A DNA stretch of 64,000 nt. It comes from Takakia lepidozioides (lineage: Eukaryota; Plantae; Bryophyta). Below the pieces are notes generated by a model. That model did not search any database, was not told where the DNA came from, and saw nothing but the letters and a program-made list of their open reading frames with translations. The stretch spans positions 22,692,001 through 22,756,000 of the forward strand of contig CM060732.1 of the NCBI GenBank assembly GCA_030704615.1, read 5' to 3'. A program made the position numbers and the translations under genes. The first letter of the stretch is position 1. Each line of letters opens with the position of its first letter. Of this stretch, positions 25,148-37,110 are shown piece by piece.

Positions 25148-26290
25148 TTTTTATTTTTGGCACACGTGAAGGCAAGTTTACTTCACTGCGAAGAAGATTA
25201 CAAAGCAACCCCCAGCCAGGAGATAAAGGAGCTTCACCCCAAGCCCAGCAGGGGCGTGGAGATCATACTAATGAACAAATTGACCCATTCTAGCCTAGGT
25301 CTGATAGCCCGACCACACAACATGTCTACCAGCCCTGTCAAATAGCAGATGTTGTGAGTTGGGACCCCCAAAGCTTGTGAAAATGAGAGAGGATGTCTTG
25401 ATCAGCCATCAGAAAGTCATCTGCTGTTTTAATAGCCTCTTTCCATGTCATCTTGGCATAGTCAAGGAGGGCTTCCGAGGCGAGCTGCTGCTGCTACCTG
25501 ACCCTATTGAAGACGAGATCATTTCTCTAAATCCACACAAACTAAAAGGATTATGCCTCTCAACAGTGACCAGATTGGACCAAAAAATCGGAGGCATTTG
25601 GGTAGCTTTTTGTCAAAGAGGCACTGCCTGTAAGTTGAAACACTTCCAAGCCCTTCTTTGAGGAGCATTCGACCTCAACCTCTGCAGGACAGTTATACCC
25701 CATTTCCAGGCCCTAACAGCTTTAGGGCACTCAAAGAATATGTGCGCAATTGTTTCGGGCACATTGCAATCACACACTATGGGCCTTTTATCAATGGAGG
25801 TGTCTGCCACTGCTCTCCACTCATTAACAACTATCGCACGGTGCCATAGTGACCAGAGGAACGCGGCCTCTTTTAGAGCTCGGGTCGTTGCCATACCGAC
25901 TTCCATCTCAACGACCGGAGGTATGTTCCCAACATCCCTCCACTTGTGTTGAATGCTCTTAAAGAGCGCATGTCTGGGATTAAACAACCCTCTGCCCTTC
26001 AGGGTATGTTCCCAACATCCCTCCACTTGTGTTGAATGCTCTTAAAGAGCGCATGTCCGGGATTAATCAACCATCTGCCCTTCTTTGGAGTGTACGAGAG
26101 CAAGTCTTCTTCTCTTTTCCATAGCCATCTACCAGGATCAAAGACTAGGTCTCTCAATTTTCCTGCAAACAGTAGGAATTTTGCTTTTGTCGGTCATTTC
26201 TTTACCAACACCACCCTAATCTTCTTGATCGTTTCACCTTGCTCCAGCCAGTGTGTCATCTCTTCTCCCTGTATTCTCCCTTCTCCCTAT
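25148..26290 (-). mobile_element. 5'-truncated LINE fragment (zf-RVT region) with an internal ~81-bp duplication
   Basis: AAFLWSLWHRAIVVNEWR...CDCNVPETIAHIFFECPKAVRAWKW. A-rich tail near 25148-25158. Segment 25921-26000 is repeated at 26002-26081. Confidence 0.8.
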
Positions 26291-27157
26291 ATTTTTTATT
26301 TTCATTCTCGAGATTGAAAGTTTTTCCTTTAAAAAAAAACTTTTTTTTTCCAAAAGGCCCAGGGCTTTCAATTTTACTGATAAAAGAGAAAAAAGTAAAA
26401 CCACCAAGAAGCCATGAGGCTTGGTTTTTAAGCATTGCTTTATTATGCTCAAGTTACATTTGAAATTTATTTAATTTTAATTTTTTGTGGTTAAAATATG
26501 ATTGGTTTATAATGGTTATGTTGGCCATCATCTGAAATCCTCACAAAAACTACCATTTATCCGACCCTTATCTTGCCTAAACCTGTAATTAATTTACCTG
26601 GCAGATACATCCGGATTACCCTGACCCCTTAGCCCTATAGGCCCACCGGGCCCAAAACGGGCTTCAGGGCCTATTTAAATGTAAATTGCTTTTTCAGATC
26701 TGCCTCAATTTTTATGAAATTGATGCTATAGAATGGCCCCTATCCTGCCAGAATTGGACAACTAATTGCGAATTAAAGCAAAGTTGTCATCAGGCAAGCA
26801 AGGGTGTCAGATTATGATGAAGGTAAGTCTCTCTTTTGCATGCTAAGACTTGAGAGGATGTGAGGGGGATTTGCCCAGGTTTGACCAAGTGGCAGCACAC
26901 GAGGGCGTTGGCCAAATTGGGTTGTTTTTGGCTTGTTGGATGAGGCATCCAAAGGGGATGAAGCCCTACTCATCTCTCTCGCCTCAAATCTCTTAAAAAA
27001 TACCAGAAAGTGATATGTTCCCCAAATGGGCCCATTAGAAATTGGCAGGATGAACGTCCGCACATAATGTGCAATCAAGTTCTTTAAAAAGTTAATTTTC
27101 TAAAAGCTACACCATTTTCCACTATAAGGGTCCTATTTTTTGAAAAAGTCAAACTAC

Positions 27158-27180
27158 GGCACTGGGCGTTTAAGGATTAA
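27158..27180. mobile_element. Right terminus of a TTAA-flanked TIR element (piggyBac-like)
   Basis: CACTGGGCGTTTAAGGA|TTAA; its reverse complement nearly equals the terminus at 32512. Confidence 0.55.
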
Positions 27181-27427
27181 CTAACCTTAGCCTAAGGAAT
27201 AAAGTAAAAAAGTAAAGTTTGTTTAAAGTTTGATGAATTTATGTAGCCTACTGCTCAATAGTGTGATGAGGGTAGTTGGGGAGATGGCTCTAGTTGGTAG
27301 GAGAGGGTTAGATATGTACCGATATTCACAATAAGACTAGTGCTGCTTAGCTACTCATGGTCGTTTCAGTGAGTTGATAGTTGGTGAGTAGGTGAGCGGA
27401 CCAAAATTATGGTGAATCAAAAGTGAA

Positions 27428-27650
27428 TTTTTATTCTTTATTATTTTTTAAGTAAAGGAAACATGGGAGCGACAGCCAACAACTCAAGCCCCGGGAAAAT
27501 AACCCCTATTCATGTATGGGCCATGAGACAAACAAGACACGCACAACACCGCAAACAATTCACACACAAGGCATGACAGCGGATTTGAACCCCGAACCAC
27601 CAAGATAACACACTATGAGGTACGACCCAATGTGCATAGTGGACTTATGT
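27428..27650 (-). mobile_element. Possible tRNA-derived SINE relic
   Basis: B-box-like GGTTCAAATCC on the minus strand (about 27581-27591), followed about 140 bp later by an A-rich tail. No intact cloverleaf. Confidence 0.35.
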
Positions 27651-28154
27651 GAGCACAATTTAGGATTTCAGATATATTGTATTTATAGGAAAGTTTACAT
27701 ATATTACCTAATTGAGGCCAAAATGTAGGGCTCCGTAGTTTGCGGTGTGGAGAGGTAGATATTTAGACAACGTTTTATTTTAGTACCCAGTCTTATGATC
27801 TTGTTGTGTTCTTCTATTCACACATGGTCATGGTACTTTGATCTCCCTCGCTACTTTAGTTCCCTTCTGTGTGTCACAATTGATCTCTCGTAACCTTTAT
27901 TTCTTTCGTTGTTCTAGTATTCATCGTCCTTGTTTCCTTTTTGATATCAGCTTCTTGCTTGGCATTAAAGTTCACCTGGGTTCTGTGTTACGTTTGCCCC
28001 TCCCCCACCACTCTTGAGTACTAGCGTTAAAGCTTGTTAGAGCTTCTCAAACTTTCGGGTGCTGATTTGGTCGGCTACATGCATTTCCTCATTGCTTTAG
28101 CTTGTTGTCATTTTTCTTTAATGTAAGACGCCGATATTAGATAGCAGCATTTAA

Positions 28155-31100
28155 CCCCTAATGGACGAGCCCGTTTTTGGTGGGCCCATGCCAAAATGGA
28201 ACATACCCTCATGTTTGAGGGCATATCTGACATTTGGCAAACATCTAGGGGGATGAACCGTATGAAAGTAATCCTACCTACTTCAGGAACCTACTGTAAA
28301 CATTTCAAGTGATTTCACCGTGTCATTAGGAGGATTATAACAAAAATATAAGCTGTAAATATTTATTGTGCTCTAGTTTTGGAGTGAAAAAATGGTTTGA
28401 CCAAGCAATTGGCCTGGCAAAATGATTTTTCATTGATACAGCATACCCAAATTCTAATTGCCTGGCATGTACAACACCTTGGGCCAAGATTCCAGAACCA
28501 AATTCCAAAACCACATGAGGGTTGCTTTGTATGGGAAAATCAGTGGGCCAAAAATGCTCTCCATTACAATTGACTCCAAATCTGCCTCAAATGTGTCCAA
28601 ATTTTCATCACAATGTCAATTCCTCTGGTCATATTGTTCCTTGCGTGGAAACTCACCACCATAACAAATTTGGAAGCATTCTAACCAATCTACATGCATA
28701 GATTTCCATTTGGGCCTATTTCTACTTGAATCCAAATTCCGGGGAACGCATGCATGAGCCGGCGGAGGATTCCGGCTCAAAAAATCGGGCTACGTCATCG
28801 ATTTATGGGGAATTGCCGGGCACCCGAAACGCAGCACCCGACGCGAAGGCAGGCCCTTTCTTTCATCGTGCGAATCTGCAAGTAACCAACTGCCAACCGT
28901 CTGAGCTCCCTTCCAATGTCAGTGCAGAATACAAGGGAGGCATTTTCCGAACAAAGCTCCTGCAGCAGCTCCTCCACAGGTCGAGGTAAAAGAAAATTCG
29001 TGCGTGGGCACACAGTTTCCTTCTGTAACCTACATCTGCTGTGGAGTCGTAGTGAGAGACGAGGGCTGCAGGAGATTGCCACCAACACAAACCAGCAGCT
29101 TGTTCCTCATTTCACAGCCGTTCTCGAAGCTTCAGTACACAGCCCGAAGAAGAACAAAGTTCCCTGCGTTGTCACGGGTGATGGCAGGATCACCTACAAG
29201 CAACGCTGCTGAACTGGCAGATCTTTGGGGTGCAGCCCAGGCTCCGTTAGTGAGGTAACATCTGGCAAAGAGTATCTTGCATTCTGAAAATGGAATCCAG
29301 AGCTTCCCTGGTTACCGCCCTGCCAGTAAGGGCTCACTCCAAGCAACAGACTAACTCTCTTCCGAATGTCTATCTTCCGATCCAACTAAGAGGCAATCTT
29401 ATTCACATCTCCTATGATGATATTTCTCTAATCCAGAAGACAACATAGATTGGTGCAAGGATGAAGCTACAACTTACATGCAAACATCCTAATGAGCTGA
29501 TATGGAATGCTCTCTGAGATTCCAACTAAACATCCACTACTTAAACCTTGAGAGCCGGCTTCAGCAAGGGTGTCTGAGCTTCTCTGCGATGTCATGTTCA
29601 ATAACAGGGAGATAATAAATATGCGATTTTGTTCGAGTCTTCTTGAATAGATCATCCAATGTGGGACTTTGAGGCTCCATGTCTGTCCAATCCAACACAG
29701 CACTGCAAATCTTAACTATTGTATGTTTTTTTAACAAACCACAAGTGCACATCCACTTGTCAATCTGGCTCTTGGTCTCTCTGCTTGTCTGTCATTTCTC
29801 TTGCAAAGTCGTCACCTCTCAGTAATGTCCCTCTGTACCATCACTGTTCTTATTATGAGTTGATTTGCCAGTTTTGGTCTTCCATCCCCTAGTCTCCCAG
29901 TCCTTCCTGTTTCATATCTTTACTTTGCTTGCTCAATCTTCTATCGCTGTAGCATATGTGCATACCAGCAATCTCTACCCCTCTCTTAGTAAACCTGACC
30001 TATCCAAGCATCTAATCCTGATAGCTACATACATTGCAAGAGAGACAGAAAATCACCAGGAAAGAACCGTTTGGGTTGAACTTCAAGTGTTATGCGGAGG
30101 TCAGTAACCAAAACAATTCCCCTTGAAGTCTGGGTCTGCCAACAATACATGGACAACCTTCTTTTCACAAGGAGCTTGGACTCCAAGCTTCAGGTGAGTT
30201 ACGGGTACCTAAAAACCCTATCTAAAAACATCAGAAGAATACAGTTACTTACCTTACAAATCAAACCAAAGCTGGACCTCTGCATCCGTCAAGGTGACAT
30301 TAGTCACGAGCCTCAAGAGCTCTGTTATCTGATTCCCTGTGGCTTCCAATTTCTGAATCGTGTCCCTACTAATATATTTACTAGGCAAGTCCGTGCACAG
30401 AATGTGACCCTTTTCCTTCATACTTGGTGCCAATATTTCCAATTTTGACCTGACAAACTGTAAGAAGCTTGACATGGGGGTTGTGGCCACCTTGTTCGTC
30501 TGATAATTTTCTCGATAGGCTTCATACTTACTGCCTGCCAAGTTCAGAACATCCTGCAGGTGGTGATGGCTCACCTGCATCCAAGGCTTTGCGTTTAGGT
30601 GCCATCCATTCCCTAACCCCCACACAGATCACCCCAACTCACCCCAATGAATGCAAGCCTATGTAGAAAACAGACGAGATGAAGATACAGAAATGCAACA
30701 CACATGAACACACACAAAATCAGCGCGCATTAGCATTTGTGACGACAGATAGTACAAGCAGCAACGCCTCCAAATTGAACCCTAACAGCATTGTCAATGC
30801 ACAAAATGCAGGAAGATCAAGTTCCAAGGCCATATCTCGCAAAACGGAACAGCTCCCGCTGGTTTTCTGCATGGAAAATGTGTGGCTGTGCAGCTCGAGC
30901 TGCGCTCATAATGAGCACACATAGAAGCCCCCCCTGCAAATCACCTGATTGCGACGATAGCAAAAACAAGCGCAGCAAAAACATAAAGCAGCGACAATCG
31001 AGAGAAATGCCCGTAAGCAAGGTGCAAGCAAGGCTGGAGACTGTGCCCGAGAAGATACCCAGCGCTCCCGCCACCTGTCGGGCCCGTCATCATCATTATT

Positions 31101-31438
31101 TCGGGTGCCTGGGTGTGTCCGCACGGGCGGACATGCAGCCCCATGCCTAAACCCATCGCCGGCTTTTGATCGCCCCCCCACCCCTTTAGCCTGCCACGTC
31201 ACTAGGTCAAAGGTGCTGGAGGGCCGTGAACCACCCAATTTTGGGTTACCCTGCACATTAAGAAAATCACTGACGGCAGGGATTTTATTATTTTAGGGTG
31301 CCATAAAGACAGGCGGGTGCATGACATCAAGGCGCACAACTTTTGTTCAGAATTTTTTTCATCCGATGTCATCCGACGAAGTTACATCGTGGATGAATTC
31401 TGTAGCGACCCGAAACGGGTCGCCTCGTCCATTAGGGG
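28155..31438. mobile_element. piggyBac-like TIR element, 3284 bp, apparently non-autonomous
   Basis: Perfect 15-bp TIRs CCCCTAATGGACGAG (28155-28169) and CTCGTCCATTAGGGG (31424-31438). TTAA flanks both sides (28151-28154, 31439-31442), and CCCGTTT lies just inside both TIRs. No recognisable transposase. Confidence 0.8.
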
Positions 31439-32507
31439 TTAAGGTTGTAGGTTAGTTTAATAGTTTCTCTATGGAGATTCATGATTAGTATTCATTTCGC
31501 TTGTTGTTTCACATTCAAGCGTGGGCACACTCCATATGCTGAAGGCAGCTCGTCTCAATGCTTCAACAAACAAAATCAGAGATGAATTGGCCGATCTTGG
31601 GATGGTCTTGGGAGGACTAGGGGCATGACCAACCGTTGGTTTGCATCTCAATCATTTATTTATCTATGTTGTACTAGTTACTTCGGTGGTGTTTTAATTT
31701 GTCGATCCATAGGTGGGGGCGCGTGCCTTAACTTTCTCGCCTCCATGGAAAGCCTCTATAGACACTCAATCTCCCACTATTTCTAGTCTTATCGGGTGGT
31801 TTCCTAGAGAGGCTTATAAGCGACGTCACTAATATTGTTTTATGTTCATGTTCTTTTATCTGATTGTGTTGCCTTCACGCTTATTTTGGGTTTTGAGAGA
31901 GGAAATAGGGGATGTCCCCACAGACCTCCCTATGGCTAAAATGAATTTGGAGACAATCAAATTCTATTTGGGAACATTAAAAGTAGAGGAACTCTCGACC
32001 ACTTTCCAAGAAGCTCAAAGATAGGAACTGGGTTCGTGAAAGGGTTATCGAATATCCCTGTTGAACAACTGTTGATCTATCAATCCATGGGTAGGAGTTT
32101 CTTTGAGACCCATGAAGCTACCTCCAAGTTGGCACGGTCATTTAATCATCATGTGTATCACCACTAGGTCCACGTCTTCCTCTGGTCTGAGGATTGTTGT
32201 CACAAGAATGGAATCACTTGTAAGTCTGGGATCGTTTCCTTGCCATACCTCCATGTCAGTTCATTGCCTCACTTCTTGAGATCGAAGCTCACTTTGATTA
32301 TGTGGGTTATGTCTTTGACATAGAAGCCGGTAATGGAATGGTTGTTAAAATTAATAACTGGGTGGTATATTGTGTTTGATTTCAGTGGGGACGTGGTGTG
32401 TCAGAGGCCCCTAAGATTGTGGTGCTTATATCGGAAAGGGCTTGCATTTCTCGGACCTCATGTCATTAAGTTTCCTTCCCTTGTGGCTACATTCATTCAA
32501 GTTGTTG

Positions 32508-32530
32508 TTAACCTTTAAACGCCCAGTGGC
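32508..32530. mobile_element. Left terminus of a second TTAA-flanked TIR element family
   Basis: TTAA|CCTTTAAACGCCCAGTG, the same motif as the terminus at 27158-27180. Confidence 0.55.
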
Positions 32531-33189
32531 CCGTTTTGGGACTTTCAACTTGGATTTTTTTTAATAACTTCTCAAGATAACAGAAATTGTTGGGCTTTGG
32601 ATATGTTATGGCCAGCCACATGGCCTAATCATATCCGTTGGCCGATTTTCATGGATCCAAGTTAGGGTTCTGATTTTGCTAGCGGGATTGGGGGGGGGGG
32701 GGGGGTGCTACCGCCATTTTGCTTCTCTCTCCCAAACATTGTGCTTTTGGTATTCCCCGCGCGAGTTGGAGTCAGCTTGCAGGTGGTCTTTTGGATATCT
32801 TGGAGGTTGCCGTTGTGTTCCCTTGCTTCTGTCTTCTTTTATAACTGAAGCTCCTACCGTCACTGCAAAAAGCTCTAAGCATTGAAGGCATTGTTGGCTC
32901 ATTGCGTTGTATTCTGCTATTTAATTAATTACGTAAATACATAAAATTTGAAAAAGTGGAAATTACAAGTGGTTCTAATTACTGCACATGTGACTAGAAA
33001 TTAGGGTTCATAATTCGATTAATGGAATAAAATATTTATTCATTAAAGTGAATATGTAGTCGACTCTATGAACCACTACGCATTGATTGCACCCATGATT
33101 GGGGACCACATTTGCTTACGTGTGTTTCACAAAAACAGGGAAACAAAATCTGGCCTTGGGGGCTTGCATATTTTAATATGTACTGCCTC

Positions 33190-35232
33190 CACCTGGAAGT
33201 GACATGGAAAATCCATGGTGACATCGTGAAAGCTGGAATTGTAGGGTTTGTCATTCTGAGCACCGCCCTGGTGGACATGTATGCTGAATGCGGGAGCATT
33301 GAAGATGCGAAGGTAGTGTTCGACTGTGGCTCAATGAGATGTGGTGTCATGGAGTGCGATGATTGCATTGGCAGCAAGGCAAGGATGTATGCATGATTTG
33401 TGTAGAGGTGGTGATAGCTGAAGGAGCAGGATAGAGTGTGGGTCCATATTCATCCAAGAGGGTCGGATTTCAAGCTCCAAATTACCTATGGATCCCTGTA
33501 GAAGGATAGCTACAAGAAACCTCCATGGGTAGATGGTTAGCTGGAAACGGCAGCTGTAGCGGCACAGTTGATAACATCAGGCACCTCAACCATGACCACA
33601 GCTTCTGGAAGAGGATCAAGCGAGGGAGTCCACAATGCCTCTTCTGGCACTTATGGGCATGTGAAGATGTTTTATGAGGCAGGCAGACTGAAAGAGGCTC
33701 TACAAACTTTAAACCAAAGAGGCATTTCAGCAGATATAGATATGTATGTGTGTTTCTTGCATAAGTGCATCAAGATGAAAGGCCTAGAAGTTGGAAAGCA
33801 GGTGCACACTCACATTGTCCATAGTGGATTCACGCCGAACGTTTTTCTACTCAACAACCTTGTCAACATGTATGTTAAGGGGAGCATCATGGATGATCAC
33901 CAAGTGTTCAACACAGAATGCCTCAACAATCTTTGATTACATGGAATATAATGTTGGCAGGATTCCCAAGCATGGGCGTGGTACGAATGCTTTGGAGACC
34001 TGTGAGCAAATGATGCGCGAAGGGGTGAAGCCCAACCACATCGCGTTTGTATGTGTTTGCAATGCGTGTGCAAGCCTGGAAAAGGGGAACGAGGTCCATG
34101 GTGACATCGGTCAAAGCTGGAATTGCCCAAGATGTCATTCTGAACATTGCCCTGACCTGGACATGCCAAATGTGGATGCATTGAGGATGCAAAGGGAGTT
34201 TTCGACACTATGGCTAAACGAGATGTGTTGTTGTGTAGTGCGATGCTTGCAGGGTATGCACAACAGGGACGTGGGATGGATGCTTTGGAGACCTATGATC
34301 AAATGATGGGGGAGGGGGTGAAGCCCGGCCACTTTGTGTGCATTTGCAATGCTTGTGCAAGCCTGGCAGCCCTGGACAAGGGCAAAGAGGTGCATGGGGA
34401 TATCATCAAAGCTGGAATTGTACCAAATGTCATTCTGAATACTGCCCTGGCAGCTCTGGAAAAGGGGAAAGAGGTCCATGGCGACATCTTCAGAGCTGGA
34501 ATTGTACCAAATGTCATTCTGAAACATACCCTGGTGGAAATGTATGCAAAATGTGGGTGCATCGAGCCTGGACAAACAAAGAGGTGCATGGGGTATCATC
34601 AAAGCTGGAATTGTACCAAATGTCATTCTGAACAATATCCTGGTGGACATGTATGCAAAATGTGGATGCATTGAGCCCTGGACAAGGGCAAAGAGGTGCA
34701 TGGGGTATCATCAAAGCTGGAATTGTACCAAATGTCATTATGAACGCTGCCCTGGCAGCTCTGGAAAAGGGGAAAGAGGTCCATGGCGACATCTTCAGAG
34801 CTGGAATTGTACAATGTCATTCTGAACCATACCCTAGTGGACATGTATGCAAAATGTGGGTGCATCTAGGATGCAAAGGGAGTGTTCGACACTATGGCTG
34901 AACGAGATGTGGTGTCGTGGAGTGCGATGATTGCAGGGTATGCAGGGTAGGGACGTGGGATGGAGGCTTTGGAGACCTATGAGCAAAGGATGGGGGAAGC
35001 ACATCATGTTTGTGTGCATTTGCAATGCTTCTGCAAGCCTGGCAGCCCTGGAGAAGGGCAAGAGGTGCATGGGGATATCATCAAAGCTGGAATTGTGCCA
35101 AATGTCAATCTGAACACTACCCTGGCAGCTTTGGAAAAGGGAAAGAGGTCCATGGCGTCATCTTCAGAGCTGGAATTGTATCAGATGTCATTCTGAACAA
35201 TACCCTGGTGAACATGTTTGCAAAATGTGGGT
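33190..35232 (+). pseudogene. PLS-class PPR protein pseudogene with internal tandem duplications
   Basis: Repeated motifs ALVDMYAKCG.IEDA, VCICNACASLAALDKGKEVHGDIIKAGIVPNV and RDVVSWSAMIAGYAQQG, broken by many frameshifts. Truncated by gypsy pol at about 35233. Confidence 0.9.
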
Positions 35233-37110
35233 GAGAGGGGACTTCTTGTGGATCCCAGAAAGATAGAGGCCATTAAAGCCTCACCACCACCAGTAAATGT
35301 TAAAAGTCTAAGGAGATTCCTTGGACAAACCAGTTATTACAGAAGATTTGTCAGACGATATGCACAGATAGCAGTACCATTGAGCAGGCTTCTGAAGAAA
35401 GATGCAGTGTTTGCATGGACAGCTAAATGTCAACAGGCTTTTGAGGAACTTACATTGTCAATAACAACTACACCTGTGCTGATTAACCCTCACTGGCATG
35501 TAATATTTCATGTTCACTGTGATGCCTCAGGAGAAGCGTTGGGAGCACTGTTAGCCCAAAATGTTACATGAAATATAGATTCACCTGTGTACTATGCTAG
35601 CAGGTTGATGAACAGTGCTAAAAGGAACTATAGCACAACTGAAAGAGAAGCACTGACAATGATTTATGCAGTCAAGAAATTCAGGCATTACCTATTGGGA
35701 AGGAAGTTTATGTTTTATGTGGATCACCAGGCTCTGATATATCTGGTGAACAAACCTTTGATAAGTGGAAAGATAACAAGGTGGTTAATAATCTTGCACG
35801 AGTTTGAGTTCGAAGTTGTTTACAAGCCTGGTCGTTTGCATCTTGTGGCAGATCACTTGGCACGCCTATCAACAGGAGAGCCAACCACAGGAGTAGACGA
35901 CCAATTACCTAATGCGAGTTTATTTGCAGTGGAGGTGTAGGGAAGTGGAGATGACTGGTTAGATTGGCAGTGGCCAATCATATACTATCTTACTCATGGT
36001 CAGTGCCCACCTAGTTATGGAAATGAGTAGAGGAAGAGAATCGCTATCAAGGCTTTACCTTATACTATGGTAGGGGCCAGAATGTATAAGCTAGGACCTG
36101 ATGGAGTACTTAAACGATGCTTATACCACCATGAAGTAAAAAAAGTTTTGGAGGAAGTTCATAAAGGAGTGGCTGGAGGTCATTTTAGAGAAGAGACTAC
36201 CAGTAGAAAGATACTACTTGCAGGTTACTGGTGGCCTATTTTGTTCAAGGATGTACACAAGTATTATAAGAGTTGTGATGAGTGTCAGAGGCTAGGACCA
36301 TTGCAGAGATCTGGGAAGATGGCTTTGCATCCTACGATGCCAACTGAACCATTTCAGAAATGGGGACTAGACTTTGTTGGACCAATTAACCCACCAGCCA
36401 AGAATACACAGAACAAGTATATAATCACAGCCACTGATTATACTACAAAGTGGGTGGAAGCTAAAGCTCTGAGGGACAACACAGCTAAGTCCACAGCACG
36501 GTTCCTGTATGAGAACATACTTACACGATTTGGTTGTCCCCTGGAATTTATCAGTGACCAGGGAAGTCACTTCATTAATGAGACCATAGAACTATTGACT
36601 AAAGAGTTCATGATTGTGCATAAGAAGAGTACAACTTATTACCCACAGGGTAATGGGCAGGCATAGGCTACCAATAAAATACTATGTACTATCTTGGCTA
36701 AGATAGTCAATGCAAACAGAACAGATTGGGATACAAAGCTGCTGACAGCTTTGTGGTCATACAGGACTTCATATAAAGTCACCACTAAGTATACACTATT
36801 CCAATTAGTTTATGGTATGGAAGCTTTACTTCCAGTGGAATTCTTGTTACCTACCATGAGAATTGAATGGGGAAGGAGAATGGAATTGGAAGATTCAATT
36901 AAGGTCAGGAAACATGAATTATACCATGTGGAAGAAGTACGTGCTGATGCAGCTGATAACATGACCAGAATTCAGATAAAGAGGAAGGATCAGTTTGATG
37001 AAGGTAAATTAAAGACTTTTAAGACAGGAGATTTGGTTCTGTGGTTGCAAAAGAAGGGGAAGATTAAAGCTTCTAAGCTTAAATCACCATGGAAAGGACC
37101 TTATGTCATA
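35233..37110 (+). mobile_element. Ty3/gypsy pol fragment (RT C-terminus, RNase H, integrase) of family A
   Basis: FLGQTSYYRRF, HCDAS, NYSTTEREAL, integrase HHCC (H...GGH...C..C), WGLDFVGP, ISDQGSHF, YPQGNGQA and WKGPY, with in-frame stops. Its 3' part is nearly identical to 47175-47540. Confidence 0.95.

Noticed and set aside
24690-26690. hAT/MITE-like ends with ACCC(G)-rich subterminal repeats around the LINE fragment
   Set aside because: No matching TIR pair or TSD could be identified.
27560-27650. tRNA gene
   Set aside because: Only a B-box-like motif is present, with no cloverleaf. It is at most a SINE relic.
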